A DNA stretch of 64,000 nt from a virus (lineage: Duplodnaviria > Caudoviricetes), in IMG/VR virus record IMGVR_UViG_3300016649_000355; one strand, written 5' to 3'. The notes under the pieces were generated by a model. The model did no database searches, was not told the DNA's origin, and saw only the letters and a list, made by a program, of their open reading frames with translations. A program made the position numbers and the translations under genes. Shown in pieces: positions 46,909 through 56,754 of this stretch. Position 1 is the first letter of the stretch, and the number at the start of each line of letters is the position of its first letter.

Positions 46909-48257
46909 AAACATATGACAAGCGTATAGCGTTCATGATAAGCGATCAGCATTTTATCCCGCACGGTGGGATAGGGAGTTTCTGCAAAGGATTCATTGAG
47001 ATGTGCGGTAGACTAAACTGGAAAGTAGACATACTACTAGACAAGTCTCCGCGCAATAAAACATTCTGCGAACTCATAGAATCATTGGGTGCCAATGTAT
47101 TATGGCCATTAGAACCATTAAGTTATACAGACCATACTGCCACATTTGCATTTAGCGATACTATCAACTTTGAAAAGATCATCAACTTCCGTAAAGTCAT
47201 ATTGGAAGCATTTGAAGAAAATATCTACGATATGATCGTATGTAACACACAGGAAGCGATGACTGCGGCATATGCTATGACAGTCAACAAGTATATTCCT
47301 GTGGTGTTCTATACACACTTGCATAGCATGATCTTCCGTGACAGCCAAGGTAGTGATGTATTCTTAGACAGTTACCATAACTTCTATAACAAGCATATGG
47401 AGCTTACTGATATCATCATCGGTACACAGAGTCAAAAGAATATTGACGAACTCACAAAGTATGGCGCTACTAACTGTAGACTATTGCGCATGCCTATGAG
47501 TGAGCGTGGATTGCTTGAAAGATATAAAGGTAAGCGTGAGGGTGTACTATTCATCGGTCGCTGGGAAGAAGGCAAGAATCCAGAAGCATATATCCGTGTT
47601 ATGAAAGAATGCAAACTTCCCTGTCGTGTGATGACTAACGAGAGCGGTAGAAAGAAGTTTGAGAAAGCATTTGATCAAGCGGGCATTATCGATTATACTA
47701 TCAAAGCAGGTATTACTGGTCAAGAGAAAGTAAATTTCATCAGGCAGTCAGATACATTCTTCATGCCAAGTCTGCGTGAGAACTATCCATTTGCATTTTT
47801 AGAATGTTTAGGTCATATGCCATGTGTTGTGCTTGACACGCAGGACTGGAGTGACAATTTTAATGGGCAGTACTTCCACAAGGTAAATATCAAAGATGCA
47901 AGTAATCTTATCAAGACTATCTATGGCGGTAATCAATTAGCGACCGCATTAGATTATGTCAAGAAATTAGATGATGAAGTGGCTGAGGGTTGGATCAGAT
48001 TTGTAGACGATTTTGTTGCCAAGCGTAGCAACACAAACAGCGCCAAGATCAATAGTTATGATACTGTAAAGTATAGTGACTACATCAAGGATTTGGACAG
48101 GAAACATCTAGCCCGAGAAGATTTTGAAAGTGTGTTGTCAAACAAGAAAAAATTTATTAAAATTGTCTACACGGACAATGACACATACCTATCCAAGGAC
48201 CCGTCTTTCATGCCCAAAGAAGAACAATCAGGATTAAATTTATTTGAAGGAATATAA
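46905..48257 (+). CDS. GT4-like glycosyltransferase
   Basis: PHGGIG, FIGRWEEGKNP, PSLRENYPFAFLE. Confidence 0.82.
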   Translation: MKTYDKRIAFMISDQHFIPHGGIGSFCKGFIEMCGRLNWKVDILLDKSPRNKTFCELIESLGANVLWPLEPLSYTDHTATFAFSDTINFEKIINFRKVILEAFEENIYDMIVCNTQEAMTAAYAMTVNKYIPVVFYTHLHSMIFRDSQGSDVFLDSYHNFYNKHMELTDIIIGTQSQKNIDELTKYGATNCRLLRMPMSERGLLERYKGKREGVLFIGRWEEGKNPEAYIRVMKECKLPCRVMTNESGRKKFEKAFDQAGIIDYTIKAGITGQEKVNFIRQSDTFFMPSLRENYPFAFLECLGHMPCVVLDTQDWSDNFNGQYFHKVNIKDASNLIKTIYGGNQLATALDYVKKLDDEVAEGWIRFVDDFVAKRSNTNSAKINSYDTVKYSDYIKDLDRKHLAREDFESVLSNKKKFIKIVYTDNDTYLSKDPSFMPKEEQSGLNLFEGI

Positions 48258-49090
48258 TGAAAAAAGTATTGATCACAGGTAGTTCAGGTTACATCGGTTC
48301 ACATCTTTGTGAATTATTGAAAAAAGATTATGAAGTGCATGGATTAGATATCAGACCTCCGCAGGTTGAAGTATCTAAATTTTATCAAGTAGACATAAAT
48401 CGACTGTTCACTATCCCCGATCAACTAGAACCATATGATGCGGTGATACATCTTGCGGCACTAGTCAATGTAGGTGAGAGCGAAAAGATGCCCATCATGT
48501 ATTATGTCACAAATCTAAATGGCACTATGAATGTTTTAAATAAGATTCCAACTAGAAATTTTATTTTTGCTAGCACCGGTGCGGCGCAAGATTGTGAGAG
48601 TGCATATGGTGTGAGCAAAAGGGCTGCCGAAGATGTTGTCCGTGAATACTGCAATAGGCATAGTCCAAAAGACTTTACAATTTTTAGATTTTACAATGTG
48701 ATCGGTAGCTCAGTGGTAAAACCAACTAATCCAGATGGATTGTTCTACAAATTGATAGAAGCTAAGACCACTGGTGAATTTACTATCTATGGAACTGATT
48801 ATCCTAACACCAGTGATGGCACATGTGTCCGTGATTATGTTCATGTTGATGAGATATGTCATGCATTGCGTGATGCTATTGAAAAATCTGCTAATAAAAC
48901 AGAATGTCTAGGACACGGGGTAGGTTATACTGTAAAAGAAATGGCTGAAATATTTCAAAAAGTAAATGACTGTGATTTTGAAATCAAAAAAGGACCCAGG
49001 CGCAAAGGTGATATAGAGTACTATGTGTTAGAAGATGTGTCTAGTTTTATGAAGAATCTGTATGCTATTGAGGATCTTTTAAAGATTTGA
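48257..49090 (+). CDS. galE: NAD-dependent epimerase (UDP-glucose 4-epimerase-like)
   Basis: TGSSGYIGSH, HLAAL..VGES, YGVSK, RFYNV, DGTCVRDYVHV. Confidence 0.9.
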   Translation: MKKVLITGSSGYIGSHLCELLKKDYEVHGLDIRPPQVEVSKFYQVDINRLFTIPDQLEPYDAVIHLAALVNVGESEKMPIMYYVTNLNGTMNVLNKIPTRNFIFASTGAAQDCESAYGVSKRAAEDVVREYCNRHSPKDFTIFRFYNVIGSSVVKPTNPDGLFYKLIEAKTTGEFTIYGTDYPNTSDGTCVRDYVHVDEICHALRDAIEKSANKTECLGHGVGYTVKEMAEIFQKVNDCDFEIKKGPRRKGDIEYYVLEDVSSFMKNLYAIEDLLKI

Positions 49091-49754
49091 TTTCACTATA
49101 GATCAGTTCTGCAATCTGTTGATGCCCTAGTATACTAGGGTGTAGATCGTGCGGACCAACTCTATCATACAACCACCGAGTGTCATAATCCATGAATTTA
49201 AAAGTTTTAAGAATGTAATCATCGATTGGATTAGGTTTATCAGTAATCCTGAATGGAGTCCAATAATAAAATTCAATATTGTGTTTATTAAAAATATGAG
49301 CCAAGGCTGAACAGTCTCTAGCCATTGAATACAATCCTTCAATAGCAGTGTAAAAATAGAATCTACTTTCTAGCCATTGAATGATATGATCAGATTCATC
49401 ATGTAAACCCAAAAAGCACCCTTCTTTTATTTTTGCCCAATTTTCTTGTAGATTAGATAAATCCTTGTCCGGATGTTTTGTGTTATAAATTTCATATCTG
49501 CTAGTTTGTGACCATTGAATTACAGCAACAATTTTGTCGGCATCGTGATTTTTAGATACCCAATCAAAAGTAGTACGAAAAATTCTTTGATTGCTTCCGC
49601 AACCTGCCGATAAATTTACTGTCTGTTCAGCATTCATTAATCTACCTAGATGTTCTGGCCAACATAATTTCAATCGTTCTTCATCCTGATCAGCACGATC
49701 TAAGTTTAATCCACCTCCTGCAGTCCAGCTACATCCATTGGTAAGTAAAATCAT
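49065..49754 (-). CDS. SGNH hydrolase-like protein (paralog family)
   Basis: TNGCSWTAG, NLSAGCGSN, HPSILGH. Confidence 0.6.
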   Translation of the reverse strand: MILLTNGCSWTAGGGLNLDRADQDEERLKLCWPEHLGRLMNAEQTVNLSAGCGSNQRIFRTTFDWVSKNHDADKIVAVIQWSQTSRYEIYNTKHPDKDLSNLQENWAKIKEGCFLGLHDESDHIIQWLESRFYFYTAIEGLYSMARDCSALAHIFNKHNIEFYYWTPFRITDKPNPIDDYILKTFKFMDYDTRWLYDRVGPHDLHPSILGHQQIAELIYSEIKSLKDPQ

Positions 49755-49755
49755 A

Positions 49756-50067
49756 CTACTTATATACCTTTGATGAATTATAGTTAGGTTGTGTATCTAC
49801 AAATTCTGATCCTCCACCTGCACCAATAATACAGGCATAGTCATTGTCATACTCTACCATAGACCAAGTGTTTTTGTTTTGATTGACAAATAAAATAAAC
49901 TTACTACGGCTACTAACTCCCAACCAACTGGGAACTTCTTTATATTTTTGATTTGTCAGTAATGAAAAAACTCTTTCAGCTTTATCGCACACTACTTCTT
50001 TGTTCTCGATAGTAGGTTGTGCTAATGCGATGCCAGGAAATAATAGTATTAAGAGTTTTTTCATCAA
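49756..50067 (-). CDS. Secreted hypothetical protein
   Basis: Signal peptide MKKLLILLFPGIALA. Confidence 0.6.
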   Translation of the reverse strand: MMKKLLILLFPGIALAQPTIENKEVVCDKAERVFSLLTNQKYKEVPSWLGVSSRSKFILFVNQNKNTWSMVEYDNDYACIIGAGGGSEFVDTQPNYNSSKVYK

Positions 50068-51215
50068 TGTATCAACAATAGGCTGCTTAATACATCATTG
50101 CGGTTAGCAGCATCATCACCGTCACCTGGCTTCACGATAACATTCCACTTGCCTTTTGCTTCTGGATCTTTATCGACGGGTTTACGCATCATCTCATCAT
50201 AAGTGATCACTGATTCAGGGTTCAAACTATACTTGATAGCGATACGATCTTTAACAGCCTGTTGCGCTTGACTATTCTTGTATTGCCACTTACCACTCTC
50301 ATCTTTCTCTAATGCATCACTGAATAATTCTTTAGGAACTACACGACTGTTCTTAGTTTTGACGAAATCGATTTTCTTTTCTTGGCTAGTATGTGCGCCC
50401 TGGCTGAAGTTCATCTTGAAGTTATCTGGGCGCTCTGCTTGCGCTACTGAAGCCATTTTAGTGTAAGCATAAAAATCAACTTCAGGATGCTTTCTAGCGA
50501 CATCATAAGCCATGTCTAGGTATTGTGGGCTAAAGAAGTCACCTGCATCATGCCAGCGCACGACTACCTTAGTTCCCTTCTTCCCATATTTCTTTTCTGC
50601 TTGACCAATCTCTTCACTTAGTTTAGACATGAAGCCTTCTGGGTCATTGTATAAGAAGTTTAATAATTTAGTAGAACTCAATGAGCTTGCCTTCCACTGA
50701 ACATATCCACCTTTCATGGCGTAGCAGAATGTTTTGCATGCGCCAGCACCCGGGCAAGTATCGATAACAATGAATTCTCCAGTATCTTCATCCACTGCTA
50801 GACCTTTCAATGCGGGTAGACCCACATTGAAGAATATGCTGCTTGTGCCATCGCTGTGTTGCATCTTTTCGTTTTGCTTGAGTATCTTTACAGGACGCTC
50901 AGTAAAAGTCTGGCGTAACTTATCTAAGTCATACTTTTTACCTTCGTCATTGACGATTGGAATATTACCACCATGGATATATGGTCTTTGGAATTTGTCC
51001 TGTTTCTCTTTACTTTTACCCACAATTCTGTCAAGATAGCTTGTTAATTCATCTTGATCGAACTTACGGCTTGTGACACCACCCAATTTTGCTTCATCTA
51101 CTTCTTCGCCCTTGTTTTCGCTATCCACGAATTGATCAAGGGTCATCACTTTGAAATTCTTGCTAAATGGGCTAACACCTTCGGTTACTAATTTTATGAG
51201 TTTTCTGATGTCCAT
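50064..51215 (-). CDS. Phage Gp88-like Fe-S protein with internal-protein-like leader
   Basis: TCPGAGACKTFCYA, VRWHDAGDF, FYAYTK; leader MDIRKLIKLVTE. Confidence 0.7.
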   Translation of the reverse strand: MDIRKLIKLVTEGVSPFSKNFKVMTLDQFVDSENKGEEVDEAKLGGVTSRKFDQDELTSYLDRIVGKSKEKQDKFQRPYIHGGNIPIVNDEGKKYDLDKLRQTFTERPVKILKQNEKMQHSDGTSSIFFNVGLPALKGLAVDEDTGEFIVIDTCPGAGACKTFCYAMKGGYVQWKASSLSSTKLLNFLYNDPEGFMSKLSEEIGQAEKKYGKKGTKVVVRWHDAGDFFSPQYLDMAYDVARKHPEVDFYAYTKMASVAQAERPDNFKMNFSQGAHTSQEKKIDFVKTKNSRVVPKELFSDALEKDESGKWQYKNSQAQQAVKDRIAIKYSLNPESVITYDEMMRKPVDKDPEAKGKWNVIVKPGDGDDAANRNDVLSSLLLIH

Positions 51216-51240
51216 GATAGGTTCTCTGTTTATATACTAT

Positions 51241-51957
51241 TTATTGTAAATGTTGTTTTATCAGTTCCACAATTTCTAATTGCTGTTTTATGGTAGTATG
51301 ATAACTTCCTGCATTAGGTTCAACTATGTAGGTATGAATTGAATATTTTTTACCAGTTATACAATCAAAAAACGGGATGTCCGGGGATTCTAAAAGGTCG
51401 ATAACTTTAAGTGCTTTGATGCCGCTCAGTAATAATTTATGTTGCACAGCGTACATACAATATTCATCAATTTGCCGTTTCCATCGGGGGATATATAAAT
51501 GTTTTAACCATGCTTCTAGTGCGCTGTGTTTGATTTCATAGTTTGGTATAAGTCTATCTCTCCAGTGCTTTTTGTCAGGAATCAATGACATTAAGTTGTC
51601 TGATAAAAGTATAGCGTTTTGTTTTTCTCCGATTTTAGGTCTATAAATATCATACAACTCTTCAATTTTTATTTTTTCTGTTACATTCCTCTCCCCTATT
51701 TCTAAAACTTCAGGAGAAACAGAAATTTCAACACGATCAAACACAGTGGTGCCGAATAATATAATATCAGGTTTGATCTTGATAGCTTCTTCTATCTGTA
51801 TGCATATACCACCGTTACTAGATCCCGGTCTAGCAAGTTGTATCAGTTCATATCCCGTTTCTTTTGCAAACACTTCACTGAAATGCGTTCCCTGAAATTC
51901 AGGATTATACATGTCCGGACTCATAAAACTGCATCCGCATGTCACTAATTTTTTCAT
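51241..51957 (-). CDS. SGNH hydrolase-like protein (paralog family)
   Basis: TCGCSFM, LARPGSSN, SYHT. Confidence 0.5.
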   Translation of the reverse strand: MKKLVTCGCSFMSPDMYNPEFQGTHFSEVFAKETGYELIQLARPGSSNGGICIQIEEAIKIKPDIILFGTTVFDRVEISVSPEVLEIGERNVTEKIKIEELYDIYRPKIGEKQNAILLSDNLMSLIPDKKHWRDRLIPNYEIKHSALEAWLKHLYIPRWKRQIDEYCMYAVQHKLLLSGIKALKVIDLLESPDIPFFDCITGKKYSIHTYIVEPNAGSYHTTIKQQLEIVELIKQHLQ

Positions 51958-52030
51958 TATGGTTACCTATTGATTGACTTTTAATTAAAATTTATGTAAT
52001 ATATGCTCATATTTATCTGGAGACAACCAT

Positions 52031-53068
52031 ATGTCTAGTAATATTAAACGCATTGGCTTTGCATGCAAATGGGCAGAGATCAACAAAAAAGGTGAGATAG
52101 CCAGTGCCGAGGGTTTGAATACCGGCGGCACCACACTTGCATGGGCTAGGCGTAACCCTAGACATAAAGTGGAAGAAAAGATCATTGATGTTGCTAGACA
52201 GAATATCGCAAATACACATAATCTAGTCAAAAAAGTTTCAACATTGCGCCCGGAACTAAGAATGGTACGGTTAACCAGCGACATGTTTAGTTTCTATACA
52301 CATGAAGACTATCGTGAATTTTGGAAGAGCCGTGAAGTCCAAGATCAGCTTGAGCAATGGATGAAACCTATCGGTGAGACCGCGAGAAAAAATGATGTGA
52401 GGCTTAGTTTTCATCCCGATCAATTCGTAGTTCTTGCGAGTGATCGTCCTGAGGTAGTAAATAAGAGTATCGAGGAGTTTGAATACCATGTGGATATGGC
52501 CCGCTGGATGGGATACGGCAAACAATTTCAGGACATCAAGATCAATGTACACATCTCAGGTCGCCAAGGTCCGTCCGGTATCAAAAATGTCCTTGGGCGT
52601 CTCTCACCGGAAGCAAGAAACAGTATTACTATCGAAAACGATGAAATGTCCTGGGGAATCGACGCTAGCCTCGAACTGGCAAACGATCTCGCTCTGGTGC
52701 TAGACATACATCACCATTGGGTAAAAACTGGAGAATACATTGAAGCAAATGATGACCGTATTAAAAAAATTATTGATAGCTGGCGCGGTAGCCGTCGTCC
52801 TGTTATACATTATTCCGTTTCACGGGAAGACTATCTTGTTAGCCATTCCCGACACGAACGCCCCGATCTTTGGTCGTTATTAGAGACTGGACACAAGAAA
52901 CAACACTTGAGGGCGCATAGTGACTATTTCTGGAATCATGCAGTCAATGAATGGGCCTTGACACATTATGAATGGGCAGATATCATGTGCGAGAGCAAGG
53001 CTAAAAATCTCGCAAGTTTTACATTAATGGAGAATGTTGATGCTAGACAAACTAAAGAACTTATTTAA
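52031..53068 (+). CDS. uvsE: UV damage endonuclease
   Basis: RIGFAC, RLSFHP, HISG, IENDE, DIHHH, HYS, HSDY, CESKAK. Confidence 0.92.
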   Translation: MSSNIKRIGFACKWAEINKKGEIASAEGLNTGGTTLAWARRNPRHKVEEKIIDVARQNIANTHNLVKKVSTLRPELRMVRLTSDMFSFYTHEDYREFWKSREVQDQLEQWMKPIGETARKNDVRLSFHPDQFVVLASDRPEVVNKSIEEFEYHVDMARWMGYGKQFQDIKINVHISGRQGPSGIKNVLGRLSPEARNSITIENDEMSWGIDASLELANDLALVLDIHHHWVKTGEYIEANDDRIKKIIDSWRGSRRPVIHYSVSREDYLVSHSRHERPDLWSLLETGHKKQHLRAHSDYFWNHAVNEWALTHYEWADIMCESKAKNLASFTLMENVDARQTKELI

Positions 53069-53462
53069 GAAACCTGAACCAATAAAGCCAGAACCCAAGA
53101 TTGAAAAACCAAAGGTTGAGAAAACTAAGGAACCACCTAAACTCACGCCCAAAGAAGAAGCGACTAAAAATGGGGAACCCTATATCAATATACTCAAGGT
53201 TGAGTTAGATCCAAATAATATCAATAACGGTGCCTTTGAACTAGACTGGAATGATAAATTTATATTGAATTTAATTCGTGCTGGGTATAAACTTAAAGAA
53301 GATGATAAAGATAGCGACATCGTTGATCGTTGGTTTCAGACGGTGTGCAGGAATATCGCTTTAGAAATCTATGAGCAAGAACAAGCAGATCCTACGAAAC
53401 GGGATGATGTTAGGGTGATAAGAACTAGAGATTTGGGAAACGGCAGAACAGAGGTATTTTAA
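53034..53462 (+). CDS. Hypothetical phage protein
   Basis: FELDWN.KFI..L..AGY...D..IVD.WF pattern. Confidence 0.6.
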   Translation: MLMLDKLKNLFKKPEPIKPEPKIEKPKVEKTKEPPKLTPKEEATKNGEPYINILKVELDPNNINNGAFELDWNDKFILNLIRAGYKLKEDDKDSDIVDRWFQTVCRNIALEIYEQEQADPTKRDDVRVIRTRDLGNGRTEVF

Positions 53463-54056
53463 ATGGCCAAATATCTAGAACACTCGTCTTTGCAAGATTT
53501 GCAGGAAGTTCAAAAAACAATATTTGGTTATAGAAATCAAGTTTATGAAAAGTATCAGATCGATATACTGGACACTGACGCATTAAGTTCACTGTCCATA
53601 TATCACATAGTTAATCAATACGATCCTGACTACAATATCAACTTTGCTAGGAACGGAGAAGACGGTAAATCGAAAGATGTGCTTATTGAAACCAAAGCAA
53701 GCAGGGTAGCCGACCCCTATACCAAGAGGGGAAAATTAAGAAAGGCTGCGGGAACTGATGCAGTGTTTCAATTTCATGCCATGGGAGATTTAGAGCATCC
53801 CAGATATCTTTTTGTAGCAAGGAATAAAAATTCCCTAAAACTCATGCGCATCTATGATATCGCAAAAAAAGAAAATACCAGTAAGATCCTAAATTTTCTT
53901 TTAGGTGAGAGAGGAGCATGGCTTGCCCGATCGCAAGGAAACGAAAAATTAATGAAACGAGATGTTATCTCATTACCCGAAAAGTTTTTAATTGAAAATA
54001 TCAAGTTTAATTCACCATTATCAATCGAAGATTGCGTAGTTCACAAAGATTGGTAA
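53463..54056 (+). CDS. Hypothetical protein, possible PD-(D/E)xK nuclease
   Basis: ED-G-K...IETKAS. Confidence 0.4.
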   Translation: MAKYLEHSSLQDLQEVQKTIFGYRNQVYEKYQIDILDTDALSSLSIYHIVNQYDPDYNINFARNGEDGKSKDVLIETKASRVADPYTKRGKLRKAAGTDAVFQFHAMGDLEHPRYLFVARNKNSLKLMRIYDIAKKENTSKILNFLLGERGAWLARSQGNEKLMKRDVISLPEKFLIENIKFNSPLSIEDCVVHKDW

Positions 54057-54068
54057 TATCCAAAAAGT

Positions 54069-54097
54069 TTGACTTCAATGCAAAAAAGTCGTATACT
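54069..54097 (+). promoter_or_regulatory. Sigma70-like early promoter
   Basis: TTGACT-N17-TATACT. Confidence 0.7.
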
Positions 54098-54132
54098 TAG
54101 CGAAACTTGTCTAACTATATACTATCCCACAC

Positions 54133-55134
54133 ATGAAATACGCACTCATCGACACAGCAAACACATTCTTCAGGGCGAGGCACATCGCAAGTCGAAATAC
54201 TGATACTTGGGAAAAGGTGGGAATGGCATTGCATCTTACACTCTCATCAGTCAATCAAGTAGTTCGAAAATTTGGTATCGACCATGTTGTATTCTGTCTT
54301 GAGGGCAGATCATGGCGTAAGGAATTCTACAAGCCATACAAAGCCCATCGCAAACTAGATGAGTCTGTGATGACCGAGGCCGAGATCGAAGAGAACAAGA
54401 TGTTCTGGGAGACATATGAGGTCTTCACTACATATCTCCGTGAAAAGACTAATTGCAGTGTGTTGCGGCATGAGAATGCCGAAGCAGATGATTTGATCGC
54501 TAGATTCGTTCATCTGCATCCCGATGACAATCATTACATCATTAGTTCTGACACTGACTATATTCAATTGATCAATAAGAATGTGTGCCAGTATAACGGT
54601 ATCTCAAATGAACTGATCACATTAGAAGGATATTTCAAGGATAACGGCAAGCCCGTCATCGACAAAAAAACAAAAACAAACAAACTTCTTGAAGATCCGC
54701 AATATGTTTTATTCAAAAAATGCATGCGGGGTGACGCTACCGACAATGTGTTCAGCGCATATCCCGGTGTCAGGGAAAAAGGTAGCAAGAACAAAGTTGG
54801 ACTGATCGAGGCTTACAATGATAGATTCAATCAGGGATTCGATTGGAATAATCTCATGCTACAACGCTGGATAGATCATGATGGTGTAGAACAACGGGTC
54901 CGTGACTGCTATCAACGCAATAAGACATTGATCGACTTGACTGCACAGCCCGATGACATCAAAGAAAAGGTTGATCAACGAATCCGTGACGAGGTCCGTA
55001 TCACGGTGACTCCCCAGGTTGGTGTACATTTCATGCGACTATGCGGCAAGTATGAGCTTACGCGCATCAGTGAGCAAGCCGATTCATATGCTAAATGGTT
55101 GAACAATCCATACACGGGAGTTCTTAATGATTGA
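54133..55134 (+). CDS. rnh: 5'-3' exonuclease/T4 RNase H-like
   Basis: LIDTAN, WRKEFY..YKAHR, EADD, SSDTDYIQL, GDATDNV. Confidence 0.9.
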   Translation: MKYALIDTANTFFRARHIASRNTDTWEKVGMALHLTLSSVNQVVRKFGIDHVVFCLEGRSWRKEFYKPYKAHRKLDESVMTEAEIEENKMFWETYEVFTTYLREKTNCSVLRHENAEADDLIARFVHLHPDDNHYIISSDTDYIQLINKNVCQYNGISNELITLEGYFKDNGKPVIDKKTKTNKLLEDPQYVLFKKCMRGDATDNVFSAYPGVREKGSKNKVGLIEAYNDRFNQGFDWNNLMLQRWIDHDGVEQRVRDCYQRNKTLIDLTAQPDDIKEKVDQRIRDEVRITVTPQVGVHFMRLCGKYELTRISEQADSYAKWLNNPYTGVLND

Positions 55135-55351
55135 GATACATGGTATCACAAAAAAAGAAATTGAAATGCTTGATACTATATGGGCATTTCAGACAGAAGA
55201 AGAATTCTTAGAATGGCATGACAGTTTAAGTTATCAAGATAAACTATTGGTATCCAAATTACTTGAAACATTGCGCATTGAAATGATAGATTCAGAAACC
55301 AATGAAAATTTTAACGAGGCAAATGAAGTTTTGTCCAGATATAAAAAATGA
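55127..55351 (+). CDS. Hypothetical protein
   Basis: Tiles operon. Confidence 0.6.
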   Translation: MIEIHGITKKEIEMLDTIWAFQTEEEFLEWHDSLSYQDKLLVSKLLETLRIEMIDSETNENFNEANEVLSRYKK

Positions 55352-55809
55352 AACAGACATTTTACAAAAAAGTAGGGCACAGATATGTTCCCGTATCAGA
55401 ATATGATAATGCATTAATGGATGCATTACCCAAAGGCGCACATTTATTCATCGTCGATCCCGGCGGTAAAAGCGTTCGGTATAACATAGATCCTGCACTT
55501 GCCCCCATGATCGCGGCAGGTCGTTATGCTGAGGACAAGATGCTGGATGCTATGCACAAGATCAGTGAGGCTCGTCCTAGCGTAACACATTTGACTGAAA
55601 AACAACGAGAAGCCTGGGGAGCTATGCAAAAGGCTTTAGGTGAAGATAAATTTTATTTGACATATCCTAGTCATTTTGAAATAGTACAAGAAGGTATCAA
55701 AGCAATGCAGAATGAAGCAGAAAAAATGTTAACTAATCCTTCAGTAAAAAAAGCCTACGAACATTTCTTGTTAGTAGCAGAATTAACAAAAGAGGAACAT
55801 AATGACTAA
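55348..55809 (+). CDS. Hypothetical protein
   Basis: ATGA overlap. Confidence 0.65.
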   Translation: MKQTFYKKVGHRYVPVSEYDNALMDALPKGAHLFIVDPGGKSVRYNIDPALAPMIAAGRYAEDKMLDAMHKISEARPSVTHLTEKQREAWGAMQKALGEDKFYLTYPSHFEIVQEGIKAMQNEAEKMLTNPSVKKAYEHFLLVAELTKEEHND

Positions 55810-56260
55810 TTTGATCGCAAAGCCCATCATTAAAAATCAATATTGGGTAATTACAGATGGTGAAAAAAAGGTGGGTAATGTGATAGCGAATGGATCAGGG
55901 TTTGATTTGATCATCCAAGGCAAAAATACTCACTTCAAAACGACCAATGAGATAAAGAAAAAGGTCAAGATTGAATTTCAAACATTAAAAACAAATAAGA
56001 CGAAAGTTCAATTACCTTTCGCAACTTATCCCACACCAGATAAAATTTACAATAGTTTTTTTGATGTTAAAAGAAAACTACATGTATTTACAAAATCACT
56101 TAAAAGTAAATGTTATTACACGGCAGGTTATTTTATCATCAATCATACCGGTGAAGATGAAGTTATTTTTTGTCCGAAATATATTTTTATACAAAGATAT
56201 AAATATCAAGGTCCTTTCAAGACAAAAGAAGAAGCTATTGAACGCATAAATAAAACATGA
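55802..56260 (+). CDS. Hypothetical protein
   Basis: SD GAGGA; conserved-looking Y.GPFKT C-terminus. Confidence 0.65.
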   Translation: MTNLIAKPIIKNQYWVITDGEKKVGNVIANGSGFDLIIQGKNTHFKTTNEIKKKVKIEFQTLKTNKTKVQLPFATYPTPDKIYNSFFDVKRKLHVFTKSLKSKCYYTAGYFIINHTGEDEVIFCPKYIFIQRYKYQGPFKTKEEAIERINKT

Positions 56261-56454
56261 TACATATAAAGAGATTCATAGATAAGGTCTCTGTGCTAGA
56301 AAGCAGGCAAAACAAAGACCTTATATTATCCAATAGCGATGCTAGGGCATTAAGAGATGAGATAGCAAAATTATTAGCAGACAAATTGTTTGATGAAAAA
56401 AGTAAACCAACAGACGAAATAATTAAAGTAGAAATTAATGGTGGCAGATGGTAG
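56257..56454 (+). CDS. Hypothetical protein
   Basis: ATGA overlap. Confidence 0.6.
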   Translation: MIHIKRFIDKVSVLESRQNKDLILSNSDARALRDEIAKLLADKLFDEKSKPTDEIIKVEINGGRW

Positions 56455-56754
56455 ATGAGTAGAACACAACCCAAAGTACTTTTAGAATTAGTTGATAAAA
56501 AAACTTATAAGTGTGACCAGATCGTAGAAGCATCGGGAATCTGGGCAGTGTTCTATGACGGACAACCTATCAATCTCAAGAGCCAGCATTATCTCGACAA
56601 CGAAGCGACCCCCAAATATAAAAAAACAAGTTTTAGCAATCCGGGTCATGCGAGAAATCTATGCCGCAAGTTGAATACACAATTCAAAACAGATAAGTTC
56701 ACAGTGGTATTCATGAACGCTGGAAGGTGTGTTTATCCCGATGACTCAATTTAA
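56455..56754 (+). CDS. Hypothetical phage protein
   Basis: GIWAVFYDGQPINLK...FSNPGHA. Confidence 0.65.
   Translation: MSRTQPKVLLELVDKKTYKCDQIVEASGIWAVFYDGQPINLKSQHYLDNEATPKYKKTSFSNPGHARNLCRKLNTQFKTDKFTVVFMNAGRCVYPDDSI

Noticed and set aside
35338-49090. Queuosine tRNA-modification operon of bacterial origin
   Set aside because: No queC, queF or queA; the TGT is long and divergent; context is phage replication genes
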